NCBI GenBank assembly: GCA_965116925.1 | Contig: OZ220744.1 | Span: 1,344,001-1,408,000 of the forward strand | Reading direction: 5' to 3' | DNA: 64,000 nucleotides | From: Candidatus Poribacteria bacterium | GTDB lineage: Bacteria > Poribacteria > WGA-4E > PCPOR2b | Shown here: piece after piece, positions 32,450 through 42,701 of the stretch | How the letters are laid out: every line of letters starts with the position of its first letter | How positions within the stretch are numbered: position 1 is the first letter of the stretch | Program-made: the position numbers and the translations under genes | Notes under the pieces: generated by a model | What the model was told of the DNA's origin: nothing | Seen by the model: the letters and a program-made list of their open reading frames with translations, nothing else | Databases searched by the model: none

Positions 32450-33253
32450 TTAGTTCGCGTCTCGATTTGTCTTATAACCGGATACGATGGTATTCGTGTT
32501 ACCTTCCAGTACATTGTTCGGATCAATCTTGTATGGGTCATCCTCATATCGACCAACCGGGCGCATTGCCGAATCGTGGTAGCCAAAGCGAACAGATCGA
32601 CGCCACTTATCGGTGCGATTGACATTGGACCAGTGGATAGTGCAGTAGCTAAAGAATATCACATCCCCCGCCTTAGCAGGTATCGGAATAGACTCCACTT
32701 TGTCCGGGTGATACACATCGGTCGGTAGATGCGGTGCAGTTTCGGGGCCCATGATGTGTTCAAGCCCCCCATCCTTATGGCTACCCGGCACAACGCAAAG
32801 GCTTCCGCTCTCAAGCGGCGTATCATCGAGGTGAAGCAGACAGTCGACAAAATCTAGACCATCATGAGGATAGAAGGGATAGTCCTGATGCATCGGGAAG
32901 GGAGTCCCTCGTTCCGGGGGCTTTGCGTGTAAAACTGTATGATGCCACTGGACGCTGGAACCAATCAGATCTTGCACACAACCCACTAGCTTTTCGTTGA
33001 ACATCACGCGTCCCCAAGTCGCTGAGTAAAAATGGGGATTGTGCATCAGTACTGCCTTCGTTGCTTGCTGTTCATCTTCGGCGAGGTATTTCTCGCGCCA
33101 CGGTCCCCGCCAGCCAATTGTTTCCTCTCCCCAGTCGCCGATAATCTTAATCATTTCAGATCCGAGCTCTTCAACCTCTTCGGGAGTGAAAAGCCCTTCA
33201 ATTTTGACGTAACCGTATTGGTTATACGCATCGATCTGTTCTTGGGTTAACAT
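32450..33253 (-). CDS. PhyH-family dioxygenase
   Basis: MLTQEQ..Y...GY, HQD, VPGSH, TIHWS; AGGAGG RBS. Confidence 0.9.
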   Translation of the reverse strand: MLTQEQIDAYNQYGYVKIEGLFTPEEVEELGSEMIKIIGDWGEETIGWRGPWREKYLAEDEQQATKAVLMHNPHFYSATWGRVMFNEKLVGCVQDLIGSSVQWHHTVLHAKPPERGTPFPMHQDYPFYPHDGLDFVDCLLHLDDTPLESGSLCVVPGSHKDGGLEHIMGPETAPHLPTDVYHPDKVESIPIPAKAGDVIFFSYCTIHWSNVNRTDKWRRSVRFGYHDSAMRPVGRYEDDPYKIDPNNVLEGNTNTIVSGYKTNRDAN

Positions 33254-33445
33254 GAGAAACCTCCTGTGGTAGAAAATTGATTCAATTAACTGATGCCGTT
33301 CCATACCTTGAAGCGGTTCAATTATTTTCGGTGCTGTTGATACAGGAAATATTAAACAACATCCACACTGAATATGTCAAGCCAATCTTGGCTTAATGTA
33401 GGGGCATTTAATTCTCCCGCAGCTCGATCTCCCGGTCGGGACTAC

Positions 33446-33469
33446 GGCGGGGCAAGATGCCCCGCCTAC
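33446..33469 (-). repeat. GTAG REP-like hairpin (family also at 9894, 62142 and 63914)
   Basis: Reverse complement reads gtaggcggggcatcttgccccgcc. Confidence 0.7.
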
Positions 33470-33508
33470 AACTTTGGCCATTCCGAGATCGGTTAAAAAA
33501 CCTAAAAC

Positions 33509-33616
33509 TATAGTGAATTCAAAAAATAAACAGACACTTTCGCGCCCCATGTTTGGTAGGCGCTGTTTCCAACTGCGCCGATTTGGAGTGTCTCATTAAT
33601 TCTAAAATCTACTATA
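33509..33616. mobile_element. MITE-like element with about 30-bp TATAGT-starting imperfect inverted termini
   Basis: tatagtgaattcaaaaaataaacagacact versus the reverse complement of agtgtctcattaattctaaaatctactata; internal GTAG hairpin at 33556-33580. Confidence 0.6.
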
Positions 33617-33702
33617 AATGACCCTAGGCTTAATGTTCAAAAGGGTTGTATAGGGGCGTTTAGTTCTCCTGTAGGAGGGATCTCCGAATCCCGGTGCCTC
33701 AC

Positions 33703-35727
33703 TCATTTTTCTTTCCGAAAAATTAAACTGAATTGATGGAGCTGATTGGAAACGTAAGCATACGGATAACCAAATGGATAAAGCTTCAACGATTTATCAT
33801 ACCAGATTTTGTAGCCTCGAAACCGCAAATTTTCCAAATCATCAAGAGTTTCGACAACATCAGCGTGGATCATGTTGTGATACTTTTCTGTCGGTTGGAG
33901 ATCTTTACAGAAAATAACAACGTAGCCTTTCGGTTTGAGGTGTTCCATCGCTTGAACAATCACCGCCCTGAGTGATTTGTAAAACTCAGATGGTGGCATA
34001 TTCCCTAAATCATCAGGGCTATCCGTGAAAGGCGTTGGACTATCATCTCCTGTTCTCTTTTTTCGATCGCCGCTGCGCTTCCGAGAAAGCATGTCACTGT
34101 AGGGCGGGTCGGTCAAGACCAAATCAAATGGTTCAGTGCCCGCCAAAAGATCCTTCAAATTTCTCGCATCTCCACAAAGGAAAGGTTGCGCTTCCAAGCC
34201 AAGTTCAGTCGAAGCTTGATGGTAAACCTCAAGATATTCGTGGGAGAGGTCAACCCCGACACCATGTCTGCCTGTCATTGCACACGCTAGCAGTGTGCCG
34301 CCGACCCCAACAAATGGATCTAAGACACGCCCTCCTCTCTTCGTAAAAAACTCAATCAGACGTTTCATGAGTGCCGGCGGTTTCGGTGAAGGGTGTTGCT
34401 TCCGAATCCGATGTGCATCAGATTGGGGACCGTTGGTCGGATAGTGTGTATCCCAAACGGGAGCCGATGCAATCGCCCACTCCTCCTCAGACAGATCATT
34501 GAGTTTACCCACATTGTGTCCTTCACCTTCCAATTCCACCGAGTTGAGAAAATATGTCCATTCGCTCCCGGACAGATCGTTGAGCGGATTTCGCGGGTCG
34601 TAGCGCCGTTTTGGCTCTTTTTCCTCGCTTTTTGGTCGAGGTCGTTTTGGCGAGGTTTTCACTTCTAGGTGAAATAGCAATTCCTGTACACGGTTGTCTA
34701 GAGCCGGTTGATCGCCATGAGAATTGCTTTTGAATCGCCGGTAGTCAATGGAAGAATCGCAGCGAGGTTCGCCTCGAAGGGCAAGGATAGACACCAATTC
34801 ATCACGCGACAGAATCCCTTCGTTGTTGTAACTCACCAGAATATGTCGTGCGTCAGCCTTCTCTATCAGGTCTTGGAATGCCTGATAACAATTTGATTTG
34901 GAGCAGTACGCCGATTTTTCCCCTTCGTCATCGTTCCGCAGCCCCGTTTTCCCACGTAGTACAGGGGCATCATACCGCGCGATTGTCTCCAACAGGTGAT
35001 AGTTGGTAATATATTGACGGGTGTTGTACGGCGGATCGAGGTAGAGAACATCGCACTGAATATCTTCAATTAGCTGATTCGCATCCCCCCGAAATACCTG
35101 ATGTGGCAGATCTGATTGAATAATCTCAGCCGGAACCACGGGCAAATCTTTGTAAGTCCGAGGATCCCAGTGTTTGAGATATGCACCATAGGTGCCAGAA
35201 ATATTAGCGACCTTTGATGTTGCCTCCAACAGTGGTAGGAGTAATAGATAAAATTCGTTCTCCGTGATCTCACCCGCATCGTGCCACCCTTGAATTTGCT
35301 GGCGGATCGCATCAATCTTCTGTCCATTGCTGTCGGACAGGTATTGCCGGCTATATTCATTATTTCCGGACGGACAGTAACTGTGGAAGATAAATCCCTT
35401 CTTGCCGGGGAGGCAGTTCAGCCAAGCAACCACCTTATGGTATGGTGAAAGAGTAGCAAACAGGCTATCACCTTGTACATCACCAAGTGTCTCGACAATG
35501 CCGGCAAATTTTGGTTCCTTGTTGTTGGCAATCAACGCTCGCTGAAAGGCGTAGGAGAGTTCGAGAAGGTCGTTAGAGATAATCTGAAAGCCTCGACGTT
35601 TGAAGTGCGCCGCAACACACGCCGTTCCGGCGAATAGGTCACAAAATATCCCTTCCTTAACTCCTAGCTTGTCAACTACTCCTTCAATATGGGATAGCAG
35701 ATTCCATTTACTACCGATATAACGCAT
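33703..35727 (-). CDS. Two-domain DNA methyltransferase fusion (D12/Dam-like N6A domain + N4/N6 domain)
   Basis: Domain 1: RYIGSK, DLFAGT, YLDPPYN. Domain 2: HPSPKP, DPFVGVGGT, TDPPY. Basic, Pro-rich linker between them. Confidence 0.85.
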   Translation of the reverse strand: MRYIGSKWNLLSHIEGVVDKLGVKEGIFCDLFAGTACVAAHFKRRGFQIISNDLLELSYAFQRALIANNKEPKFAGIVETLGDVQGDSLFATLSPYHKVVAWLNCLPGKKGFIFHSYCPSGNNEYSRQYLSDSNGQKIDAIRQQIQGWHDAGEITENEFYLLLLPLLEATSKVANISGTYGAYLKHWDPRTYKDLPVVPAEIIQSDLPHQVFRGDANQLIEDIQCDVLYLDPPYNTRQYITNYHLLETIARYDAPVLRGKTGLRNDDEGEKSAYCSKSNCYQAFQDLIEKADARHILVSYNNEGILSRDELVSILALRGEPRCDSSIDYRRFKSNSHGDQPALDNRVQELLFHLEVKTSPKRPRPKSEEKEPKRRYDPRNPLNDLSGSEWTYFLNSVELEGEGHNVGKLNDLSEEEWAIASAPVWDTHYPTNGPQSDAHRIRKQHPSPKPPALMKRLIEFFTKRGGRVLDPFVGVGGTLLACAMTGRHGVGVDLSHEYLEVYHQASTELGLEAQPFLCGDARNLKDLLAGTEPFDLVLTDPPYSDMLSRKRSGDRKKRTGDDSPTPFTDSPDDLGNMPPSEFYKSLRAVIVQAMEHLKPKGYVVIFCKDLQPTEKYHNMIHADVVETLDDLENLRFRGYKIWYDKSLKLYPFGYPYAYVSNQLHQFSLIFRKEK

Positions 35728-35773
35728 AAGCCACCCGCGTCTGGTTGGTGCAGACTATCATGCGCTTCTGCAT

Positions 35774-36640
35774 CTAACACTCAACGTCTTTACCTTCGCT
35801 TCCGAACACGTCCATCCGCTCTTGGGTCTCAATTTTTCCGGTGCTTTCAGGACAATAATGGAATTGCAAGGCCCGACGGCGCAGATTCGATCGATTCGCA
35901 GGCGTGCCGTGATGTAGCAGTCCATGCCAAAGTAGACAGCCCCCTGGCTTGAGCGGCACCATCACCTCTCGATCTACAGGGACATGGGTATCGCAGATCT
36001 GCCAATCGCGTCGGTTGAAATGTACCACCGGACCCTCTCTATGAGAACCGGGGATGATGTGCATACAGCCGTTTTCGGGTGTGGCTTCATCCAGTGCAAT
36101 CCAAGCAGCAACAACCGGTGTGTCCAACGGCAAATTGAAGTAAGCACAGTCCTGATGCCACGGCTTTTCTGAACCGATGTGCGGTGGTTTAATCAATCCC
36201 ATATCTTGGAACAGTCTAGGTGTATCCTCAATCAGGCGTTGAACGACAGCGATCAATCCTTCATGCTCGGATAGTGCTTTTAGGCGCGGTTCAAAGTTCA
36301 CAAAACTAGCGATCTTGCGGATAATATCGCGTCTCTCTTCTGTGGGCAACTCCGACCTATATTTAACTAGTTTCGGCTCATATTGAATGCCCCGGTAATC
36401 TGGATTTTTCCCGTCCATCAGGTACAGCATCCCGTCCAATGTTTCGCGCACCTCTTCCGGACCGAACGCGTCGTGGATAACTAGGTATCCGTTCTCATGA
36501 AAAAACTGGACAGCCGCATCGGTTACAGCTTCAAAACCACCGCAAATCCCTTCCGCCGCCGAATCGAAGTGATAAAGCTCTTCTGGATATAGAATCGCTT
36601 GGGCAGCTTTAATCGAGTCTTCATTTATAGATTTTAACAT
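35774..36640 (-). CDS. PhyH-family dioxygenase
   Basis: KPWHQD, WIALD, NGCM.IIPGSH, LHHGT, RRALQFHY. Confidence 0.92.
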   Translation of the reverse strand: MLKSINEDSIKAAQAILYPEELYHFDSAAEGICGGFEAVTDAAVQFFHENGYLVIHDAFGPEEVRETLDGMLYLMDGKNPDYRGIQYEPKLVKYRSELPTEERRDIIRKIASFVNFEPRLKALSEHEGLIAVVQRLIEDTPRLFQDMGLIKPPHIGSEKPWHQDCAYFNLPLDTPVVAAWIALDEATPENGCMHIIPGSHREGPVVHFNRRDWQICDTHVPVDREVMVPLKPGGCLLWHGLLHHGTPANRSNLRRRALQFHYCPESTGKIETQERMDVFGSEGKDVEC

Positions 36641-36687
36641 TTCATAATCCCCTTCTTATGTTAAATTCAGTGAGGACGTGGGGACTT

Positions 36688-37599
36688 TCAAAACCCCAGC
36701 AGTTGTACCTCAGTCTCCAGATCAACACCCCTCTCCCGTTTGACGTGAGCTTGGATATATTGGACAAGGGATAGTACATCATGAGCAGTCGCATCATCAA
36801 GGTTGAGGATAAAGTTGCCGTGGATTTTGGACACCTCCGCTCCACCAATCCGATGTCCCTTCAAACCGCATTCATCAATAAGCTTTCCAGCAGAATGACC
36901 GGGGGGATTCTTGAACATACAGCCTGCGTTCTCCTCGGCAAAAGGTTGGCTCGTGATTTTCTGGTTATAGAGATCTTGCATAAGGTTGTCAACTTCCTCC
37001 ACATCACCGGGAGTTAGGGTAAGCGTTGCTCCTGTAACGCAGAAGTAAGGTTTCAGTCCGCTATGACGATAGCTAAATTGTGCGTCATCGTGGCTGAGAT
37101 CTATGAGTTCACCTTCGTCTGTCATCACCGTCACGCGCTCGACCAAATCTCCGAAGCTGCTGCCCCAAGCACCTGCATTCATAATCAGCGCACCACCGAC
37201 GGATCCCGGAATCCCAAGCGCGAACTCGACGCCGCTCAATCCGTGACTTGCCGCGATTTTTGACAGTCGTGGCAAAGAGACACCTGCGCCTACGTCAACA
37301 CAGTTTCCATCAAATTCAAGTCGATTAAATTCTCCGATTAATCGGATGATAATCCCCGGATATCCGGCGTCACTAACCAGCAAATTTGACCCTCGGCCAA
37401 TGATGGCAACCGGTACGTTCCTACGCTTTTTCAGTTGTGCTACATACGCCAATTCGTCAATTGTGCTCACTTCAAAATACGCTGCGGCGTTGCCGCCTAT
37501 TCCAAAATAGTTGTGCTTACTGAGTGGCTCATCGAAGCGCAGTTTGGACAGGTCGTTTCGACTTTGAGTGAAGGAGGCGAGTTCTTCTTTCCAACCCAT
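36688..37599 (-). CDS. murB: UDP-N-acetylenolpyruvoylglucosamine reductase
   Basis: IGG.A, GRGSNLL, GIPGSVGG..MNAGA, AGCMFKNP, HGNF. Confidence 0.95.
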   Translation of the reverse strand: MGWKEELASFTQSRNDLSKLRFDEPLSKHNYFGIGGNAAAYFEVSTIDELAYVAQLKKRRNVPVAIIGRGSNLLVSDAGYPGIIIRLIGEFNRLEFDGNCVDVGAGVSLPRLSKIAASHGLSGVEFALGIPGSVGGALIMNAGAWGSSFGDLVERVTVMTDEGELIDLSHDDAQFSYRHSGLKPYFCVTGATLTLTPGDVEEVDNLMQDLYNQKITSQPFAEENAGCMFKNPPGHSAGKLIDECGLKGHRIGGAEVSKIHGNFILNLDDATAHDVLSLVQYIQAHVKRERGVDLETEVQLLGF

Positions 37600-37613
37600 T
37601 TTAATTTCTCACT

Positions 37614-38408
37614 TTAACTCGGATAAATAACATGCGAATTTCGAGGGATAATCAACGGTTGAGGTCCATCAGCGGGAAATTGTGCTGCCCACTCATTTGG
37701 GTCATAATCTCGCGTGACAAAGCAGGAACGGTGCGAGGGGACAGCGTGCTTGAGACCAATCCTTTCCGCCATCTTCACGCAGCCGTCGTAGAACGGAAAT
37801 TCACCTTCCGTCGGATGATTCGTCAAGAATCCGATGTCTGGGTTATGTGCAGCGACGGCGTTCACCAACTCATCGTGATCAGCAAAGGTGTTGATAGGAT
37901 CGCCGGAAAAGTAGAGCGTCACTCCATCCGTCTTGAGAACGTAACCGAGATGGGTGACATCGGGCGGGGCGATATCCGCATCCGGATGACCGTTTGGCGG
38001 CTTCGCATAGACGGCATTAACCGTGAGTGAACCGAGTGATGATGATTCGCCAGCGCGAATTGTCGTCGTCCGATCTGCGCCAACAGTCGTATCTGCTAGC
38101 ACCTGTGCTATACTCTCCTCTGGTCCGACGCACCTTACCTCCGGTGAAATTTGATGAATGCGATTGATCGATTCGGGCCAAGTGTGGTCGCCGTGGTTGT
38201 GTGTCAACAGCACATAGTCCGTTGGAAGTTGGGATTCGTCCAACGGCGGCTCAGTGTGGATGAATCTGTCAGCAGGACGGTCATGTGGGTAGTATGGGTC
38301 AATCTGTACAATTGTCCCGTGCGAATCCTTCACCGCGAAGGTGCTCTGCTCAAACCAATGAACAGCGACAGCCCCGTCTGGTACTTCAAGATCTACGAGT
38401 GGATGCAT
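37614..38408 (-). CDS. Metallo-beta-lactamase-fold hydrolase (UlaG-like)
   Basis: IDPY, THNHGDH, YFSGD, VPSH. Confidence 0.85.
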   Translation of the reverse strand: MHPLVDLEVPDGAVAVHWFEQSTFAVKDSHGTIVQIDPYYPHDRPADRFIHTEPPLDESQLPTDYVLLTHNHGDHTWPESINRIHQISPEVRCVGPEESIAQVLADTTVGADRTTTIRAGESSSLGSLTVNAVYAKPPNGHPDADIAPPDVTHLGYVLKTDGVTLYFSGDPINTFADHDELVNAVAAHNPDIGFLTNHPTEGEFPFYDGCVKMAERIGLKHAVPSHRSCFVTRDYDPNEWAAQFPADGPQPLIIPRNSHVIYPS

Positions 38409-38450
38409 CTTAACTCCTCCAATTATCTTTATTGTATAAGACGTGCAATA

Positions 38451-38522
38451 AACTAATGAATCAATGAACTAATGAACCAATGTACCAAACCGTTTTCACG
38501 TTTCACGCATCACGTTTCACGC
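38451..38522. repeat. Short tandem repeats: AATGAACY octamers followed by TTTCACG heptamers
   Basis: Similar arrays at about 39784-39855, 40906-40940, 46520-46595 and 62270-62301. Confidence 0.6.
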
Positions 38523-38524
38523 TC

Positions 38525-39610
38525 TTACAGTTTCCCCTCTCGTCGCAGGATGTCAACCAACGAATCACTCACGCCGAGGGGTAAATCAACCCAAGCGTTG
38601 TTGCGTCGTTCCGATTCGTAAATTGCCATGATAACCTCAATGGAGGCACGACCATCATGTCCGGTGCAGCGTGGCTGCGTGTCATTCTCAATGCAATTAA
38701 TCAAATCCTGTGCAGCGCGTAGGGTTGCGGTTTCCTTCCAAGTCGAATCAGGGAGCGGGCGCGGCTCAAGGTTCCACCAGGATCCCTTCTCAAATTCTAT
38801 CGGTTCCGCTTTCCACATACCCGCACCAAAGCCTAACCGCACCAGTCCTCTCTCGCACTGTAGCTCCACATCCCACCGCTCATATTCAGTCAGTTCATCA
38901 CTAATGACAGCCCCATCCACGCCATTCTGGAATTGCAACAGGGAATAGCTGGTATCCTCCACACGGAACTCATGACGGGTACGCCTCCGCGCCGTACCTA
39001 GCACTGATTCAACATCGCCTGCAAAGATGCGAAGTGTGTCGAAGGTATGTACGGCATCGTGCAACAACGGTCCTTCAGTATCAGCGACCCAGTCCGGAGA
39101 TGGCTTACATCCCTCACAATGAGCGACGACATGGAGTAGTGCTCCCAACTCACCGGAGTCTATCAGATCTTTCGCCGCCTGATACTCCCCTGACCATCGC
39201 CGCGAACAGTTGATTAGCATCTTCACCCCGTTCTGTTCGCAAGCATCGATCATAGCGTCGCACTCACCTATGCTTAACGCCATCGGCTTCTCACAAAAGA
39301 TCCCCTTCACACCCGCCTCGACGGAGGCAATTACCATCTCCGGATGCAGCGGTGGGTGCGTGGCGACGGCAACGATGTCCAAGTCCTCTTTTGATAGCAT
39401 CTCACGATAATCGTGATAAAGCGCATCCACTCCCCAGCGCTTTCCAAAGGCGTGCAATTTCTCTGCGCCTCGGTTACAGCCTGCAACGAGTTCGGTGCTG
39501 GACATTGCTTCAAACGCACCCGCAATTGAAATGGGATACGCATCAGACTCGTCCTCCATCGTGCTGGCAATGCGCCCACAACCCATAATCCCCACACGAT
39601 ACATGTCCAT
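38525..39610 (-). CDS. Gfo/Idh/MocA family oxidoreductase
   Basis: GCGRIA, CEKPMA, HDAVH. Confidence 0.92.
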   Translation of the reverse strand: MDMYRVGIMGCGRIASTMEDESDAYPISIAGAFEAMSSTELVAGCNRGAEKLHAFGKRWGVDALYHDYREMLSKEDLDIVAVATHPPLHPEMVIASVEAGVKGIFCEKPMALSIGECDAMIDACEQNGVKMLINCSRRWSGEYQAAKDLIDSGELGALLHVVAHCEGCKPSPDWVADTEGPLLHDAVHTFDTLRIFAGDVESVLGTARRRTRHEFRVEDTSYSLLQFQNGVDGAVISDELTEYERWDVELQCERGLVRLGFGAGMWKAEPIEFEKGSWWNLEPRPLPDSTWKETATLRAAQDLINCIENDTQPRCTGHDGRASIEVIMAIYESERRNNAWVDLPLGVSDSLVDILRREGKL

Positions 39611-39647
39611 ATAACCTCCTAAACGTGAAAAGTAATAAGCAATGGTA

Positions 39648-39767
39648 CTAGTACACTGTCAGGCAAATTATGATTGTCTATATGGATTGAGACTCATAAT
39701 ACTTTCGTAGGGGTCGGGTGACCCGACCCCCTTGTTGATATGCAAAACTTATCTGACTGAGTACTAG
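39648..39767. mobile_element. CTAG-bounded MITE, copy 1
   Basis: ctagtacactgtcag ... ctgactgagtactag (13/15 inverted match); near-identical copy at 44563-44680; internal GTAG hairpin. Confidence 0.8.
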
Positions 39768-39857
39768 TTTGGAGCTGTTGATAACGTGAAACGTGATGCC
39801 TAAAACGCTCTGTTTTTTCACCATAGCGTAATGAACCAATGAACTAATGAACCAAAC

Positions 39858-40745
39858 TCATCCAATTCCAATCTCACGTAGATACTCGCGAGTACGTTTG
39901 GCAATCGGCAACGGTTTATCGAAAGGGGCCGGATACATATCCTGCTCGACAATCGCGTAGCCGTTGTAATCAATCTCCTGCAGCAAATCCCGAAACGCAA
40001 GAAAATCCACCGCACCTTTTGACGGTTCAACGAACATATCCATTTTCACTGCTTCAGCGAATGGAATCCCTTCCGCTTCTACTTGTGTCTGTATCTCTGG
40101 ATCAATGCTCTTCAAGTGCAAGTACGGAATGCGATCATGGTGTCGGCGCATGAAATTGATGGGGTCTCCACCCCGATACGCGTGATGCCCCGTATCGAAG
40201 CAGATGGATACTCGGTCCGGATCGGTCTGCTCTAGGAATGCTTCTATCTGATCTTCGTACTCAACGTGTGTCTCCGCATGGGGGTGGAATACCAGTTGAA
40301 GTCCAAACCTGTCTCGTGCTATATCCGCCACCTTGTGTGTTGTTTCGATAAATCGTCCCCACGCATTTTCGTCAAGACGCTTAGGCGCGATTGCCTCACC
40401 AGTAAAGAGATCCGTATAGGTGTCGTCGATGAGCACAATATATTTCGCGTCGAGGGCTGCGAGACGCTCGCCTGCACCTAACACCTGCCGCTCTAGCTCA
40501 GCCCACAACGAAGGCTCCTCAACATTCGCCATTGCAAACGTTCCCGTCACCTTCAAACCGCGGCTGCTGAGTTCTCGGCGGAGGGTAGGCAAATCGGTCG
40601 GGAGATAGCCGTACGGTCCCAACTCCGTCCATTCGTAGCCGGCTTCGACGATTTCATCCATGAATCGATGCCACGGTGTCTGCTGCGGATCACTCGGAAA
40701 CCAAACACCCCAAGAGTCCGGCGCACTGCCGATTGTGATGTTCAT
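39858..40745 (-). CDS. IolE-like (myo-inosose-2 dehydratase family) TIM-barrel protein
   Basis: APDSWGVWF, ELGPYGYLP, FHPH, DTGH, YLHLK, VEQD. Confidence 0.82.
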   Translation of the reverse strand: MNITIGSAPDSWGVWFPSDPQQTPWHRFMDEIVEAGYEWTELGPYGYLPTDLPTLRRELSSRGLKVTGTFAMANVEEPSLWAELERQVLGAGERLAALDAKYIVLIDDTYTDLFTGEAIAPKRLDENAWGRFIETTHKVADIARDRFGLQLVFHPHAETHVEYEDQIEAFLEQTDPDRVSICFDTGHHAYRGGDPINFMRRHHDRIPYLHLKSIDPEIQTQVEAEGIPFAEAVKMDMFVEPSKGAVDFLAFRDLLQEIDYNGYAIVEQDMYPAPFDKPLPIAKRTREYLREIGIG

Positions 40746-40801
40746 ATTTTCGCTCCTCTATAGAAATATCTCCCACTACGCCACAGTACCAGGATTTTCC
40801 T

Positions 40802-40825
40802 GTAGGGGCGGGGTCTCCCCGCCCG
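40802..40825 (+). repeat. GTAG REP-like hairpin
   Basis: gtaggggcggggtctccccgcccg; related to the hairpin inside the CTAG MITE. Confidence 0.65.
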
Positions 40826-40942
40826 TCAAGTGCCCTGCCTTTCCCCCCAGTTGCTTTGAATCCCGATTTATCGGGGAGGAGCACAATGTATAAGGTTCGT
40901 CAGTTTAATGAGCGAATGAACTAGTGAACCAATGAACTAATA

Positions 40943-41740
40943 TTACCAATCGCGTACGTAGCCAGCAGTCCAGCCACCATCCACCGGCAAGACAACCCCA
41001 TTAATGTAACTTGCCTCCGGTGACACCAAAAATAGCACAGCATTGGCTATTTCTTCCACCTTGCCCGGTCGACCCAGCGGGATGTGGGATAGCAAGCTAG
41101 CAGCGTTTTCGGTGTACGCGCCATCGGTGCCGTAGAACAACGCCTCGGTCCCGCGGGTCAGGGTAGACCCCGGCGCAACCGCATTGACGAGAATCCCCTC
41201 TGAACCGAGTTCTATCGCCATTGATTTTGTCAGATTGGCAACCCCCGCTTTGGCAGCGATATAGGCACTCTGCAACCGCAAGGGCACCAAACCCGCAATG
41301 GAACTCGTGTTTACGATGCGTCCGCCATCGGGGTCCTTCAGGAGTTCTGGAATAATCGCACGGCTGGTGACGAAAACGCCCGTCAGGTCAACCTGCACGA
41401 TACGATTCCAATCTTCAAGCGAATATTGGTGAATCGGCACACGATCGCTACGGGTATTGATGCCTGCATTATTGATCAGAATGTTAATCCGTCCAAGCCG
41501 ATCCATGACCTGCTCTGCCACAGCTTTCATCTGTTCCGCGTCGGATACGTCACCTTCCAGCGACATACACGAACCGCCGTCTTCAATAATCTGGTTCGAG
41601 GCTTTTTCACCGGCGTCGGCGTCGATATCCACGATGACGATGTGGGCACCGTTGTCGGATAATGCTTGCACAATGGCGCGTCCAATGCCGTGTGCTCCGC
41701 CTGTAACGATGGCGACCCGTTCATTTAGATCCACTTTCAT
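40943..41740 (-). CDS. SDR family oxidoreductase
   Basis: TGGAHGIG, NNAG, YIAAK, VDGG. Confidence 0.95.
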   Translation of the reverse strand: MKVDLNERVAIVTGGAHGIGRAIVQALSDNGAHIVIVDIDADAGEKASNQIIEDGGSCMSLEGDVSDAEQMKAVAEQVMDRLGRINILINNAGINTRSDRVPIHQYSLEDWNRIVQVDLTGVFVTSRAIIPELLKDPDGGRIVNTSSIAGLVPLRLQSAYIAAKAGVANLTKSMAIELGSEGILVNAVAPGSTLTRGTEALFYGTDGAYTENAASLLSHIPLGRPGKVEEIANAVLFLVSPEASYINGVVLPVDGGWTAGYVRDW

Positions 41741-41765
41741 TGGATAATTTCCTCCTGCGAATATT

Positions 41766-42161
41766 TTATTGTTTTTGCGTTTCGTTCATTGTAGGTTTGT
41801 ACTGTACCGGGATTGGGAAAAGCCCGCGCTTTATCTCCATGCTTGAGACGTTTTCAGCTTGTAGTTTTTCTTGGAGATAGCGCGGAACGCCCCAGGGGTC
41901 AACGGAATCGCCGCAGGTAAATACATCGACAGCAGCGTAGCGATGTTCGGGCCATGTGTGAATAGATATATGGGATTCCGCAATGACGACCACACCGCTG
42001 ATCCCGTCCGGTTTGAAATGATGGAATGTATCCGATATCACCGTCGCCCCGGCGTGGTGCGCTGCCTCAAGCATGTATTGACGGATTCGATTTCTATCAG
42101 TAAGCACTTCACTCTGACAATCGTAAAATTCGATCAGAATTTGTCGTCCTAATGCTTGCAT
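41766..42161 (-). CDS. speD: S-adenosylmethionine decarboxylase proenzyme (class 1B)
   Basis: IAESHISIHTWPE cleavage motif; DVFTCG. Confidence 0.92.
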   Translation of the reverse strand: MQALGRQILIEFYDCQSEVLTDRNRIRQYMLEAAHHAGATVISDTFHHFKPDGISGVVVIAESHISIHTWPEHRYAAVDVFTCGDSVDPWGVPRYLQEKLQAENVSSMEIKRGLFPIPVQYKPTMNETQKQ

Positions 42162-42599
42162 CGCCAGATTCCTGCCCTGTTACAGTGCCCGTATTCTCGC
42201 TGACCAACACAAAATCGCGTAAGGTGATGTAATTATAGCATAGTTGCCAAAAAACGGATTAAAAAAAGCAGCCTTGCTGCACATTGTGATGTTCAAATCA
42301 AGCGAGGAAGCTGAGAATTTGTCGGACTAACGATAGAGAAACCAAGTTTTTTCTTGACAAGTGTTTCGACGTTTGAAAAAATATCATTACCTATTTCGCG
42401 AGAGAGTGTCACATTACCGTCCGGGGGGACCTCTCGTGCTCAGTAACAAGAGTATGGAACGGAGATCCTAGAATCCATAAAATTGGTATTTTCCTAGCGT
42501 TGAGACGGCTCATGAGAAACTTTCCGATAATCCCATCGTTTCTAATAGTTGCCTTCTTTGGGCTTACAAGGAAATGAAAATTTCCATTGTCAAAAATAT

Positions 42600-42628
42600 T
42601 TGACACCTACACAAATGTATAGTATAAT
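42600..42628 (+). promoter_or_regulatory. Consensus sigma70 promoter
   Basis: TTGACA-17nt-TATAAT upstream of the 42702 ORF. Confidence 0.75.
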
Positions 42629-42701
42629 TTGCCGAAGTGTTAAAATAGCAATATCATAACACTCGGTAATCGGTTGTCTAAAAAATGGAAGGAATACCGA
42701 G

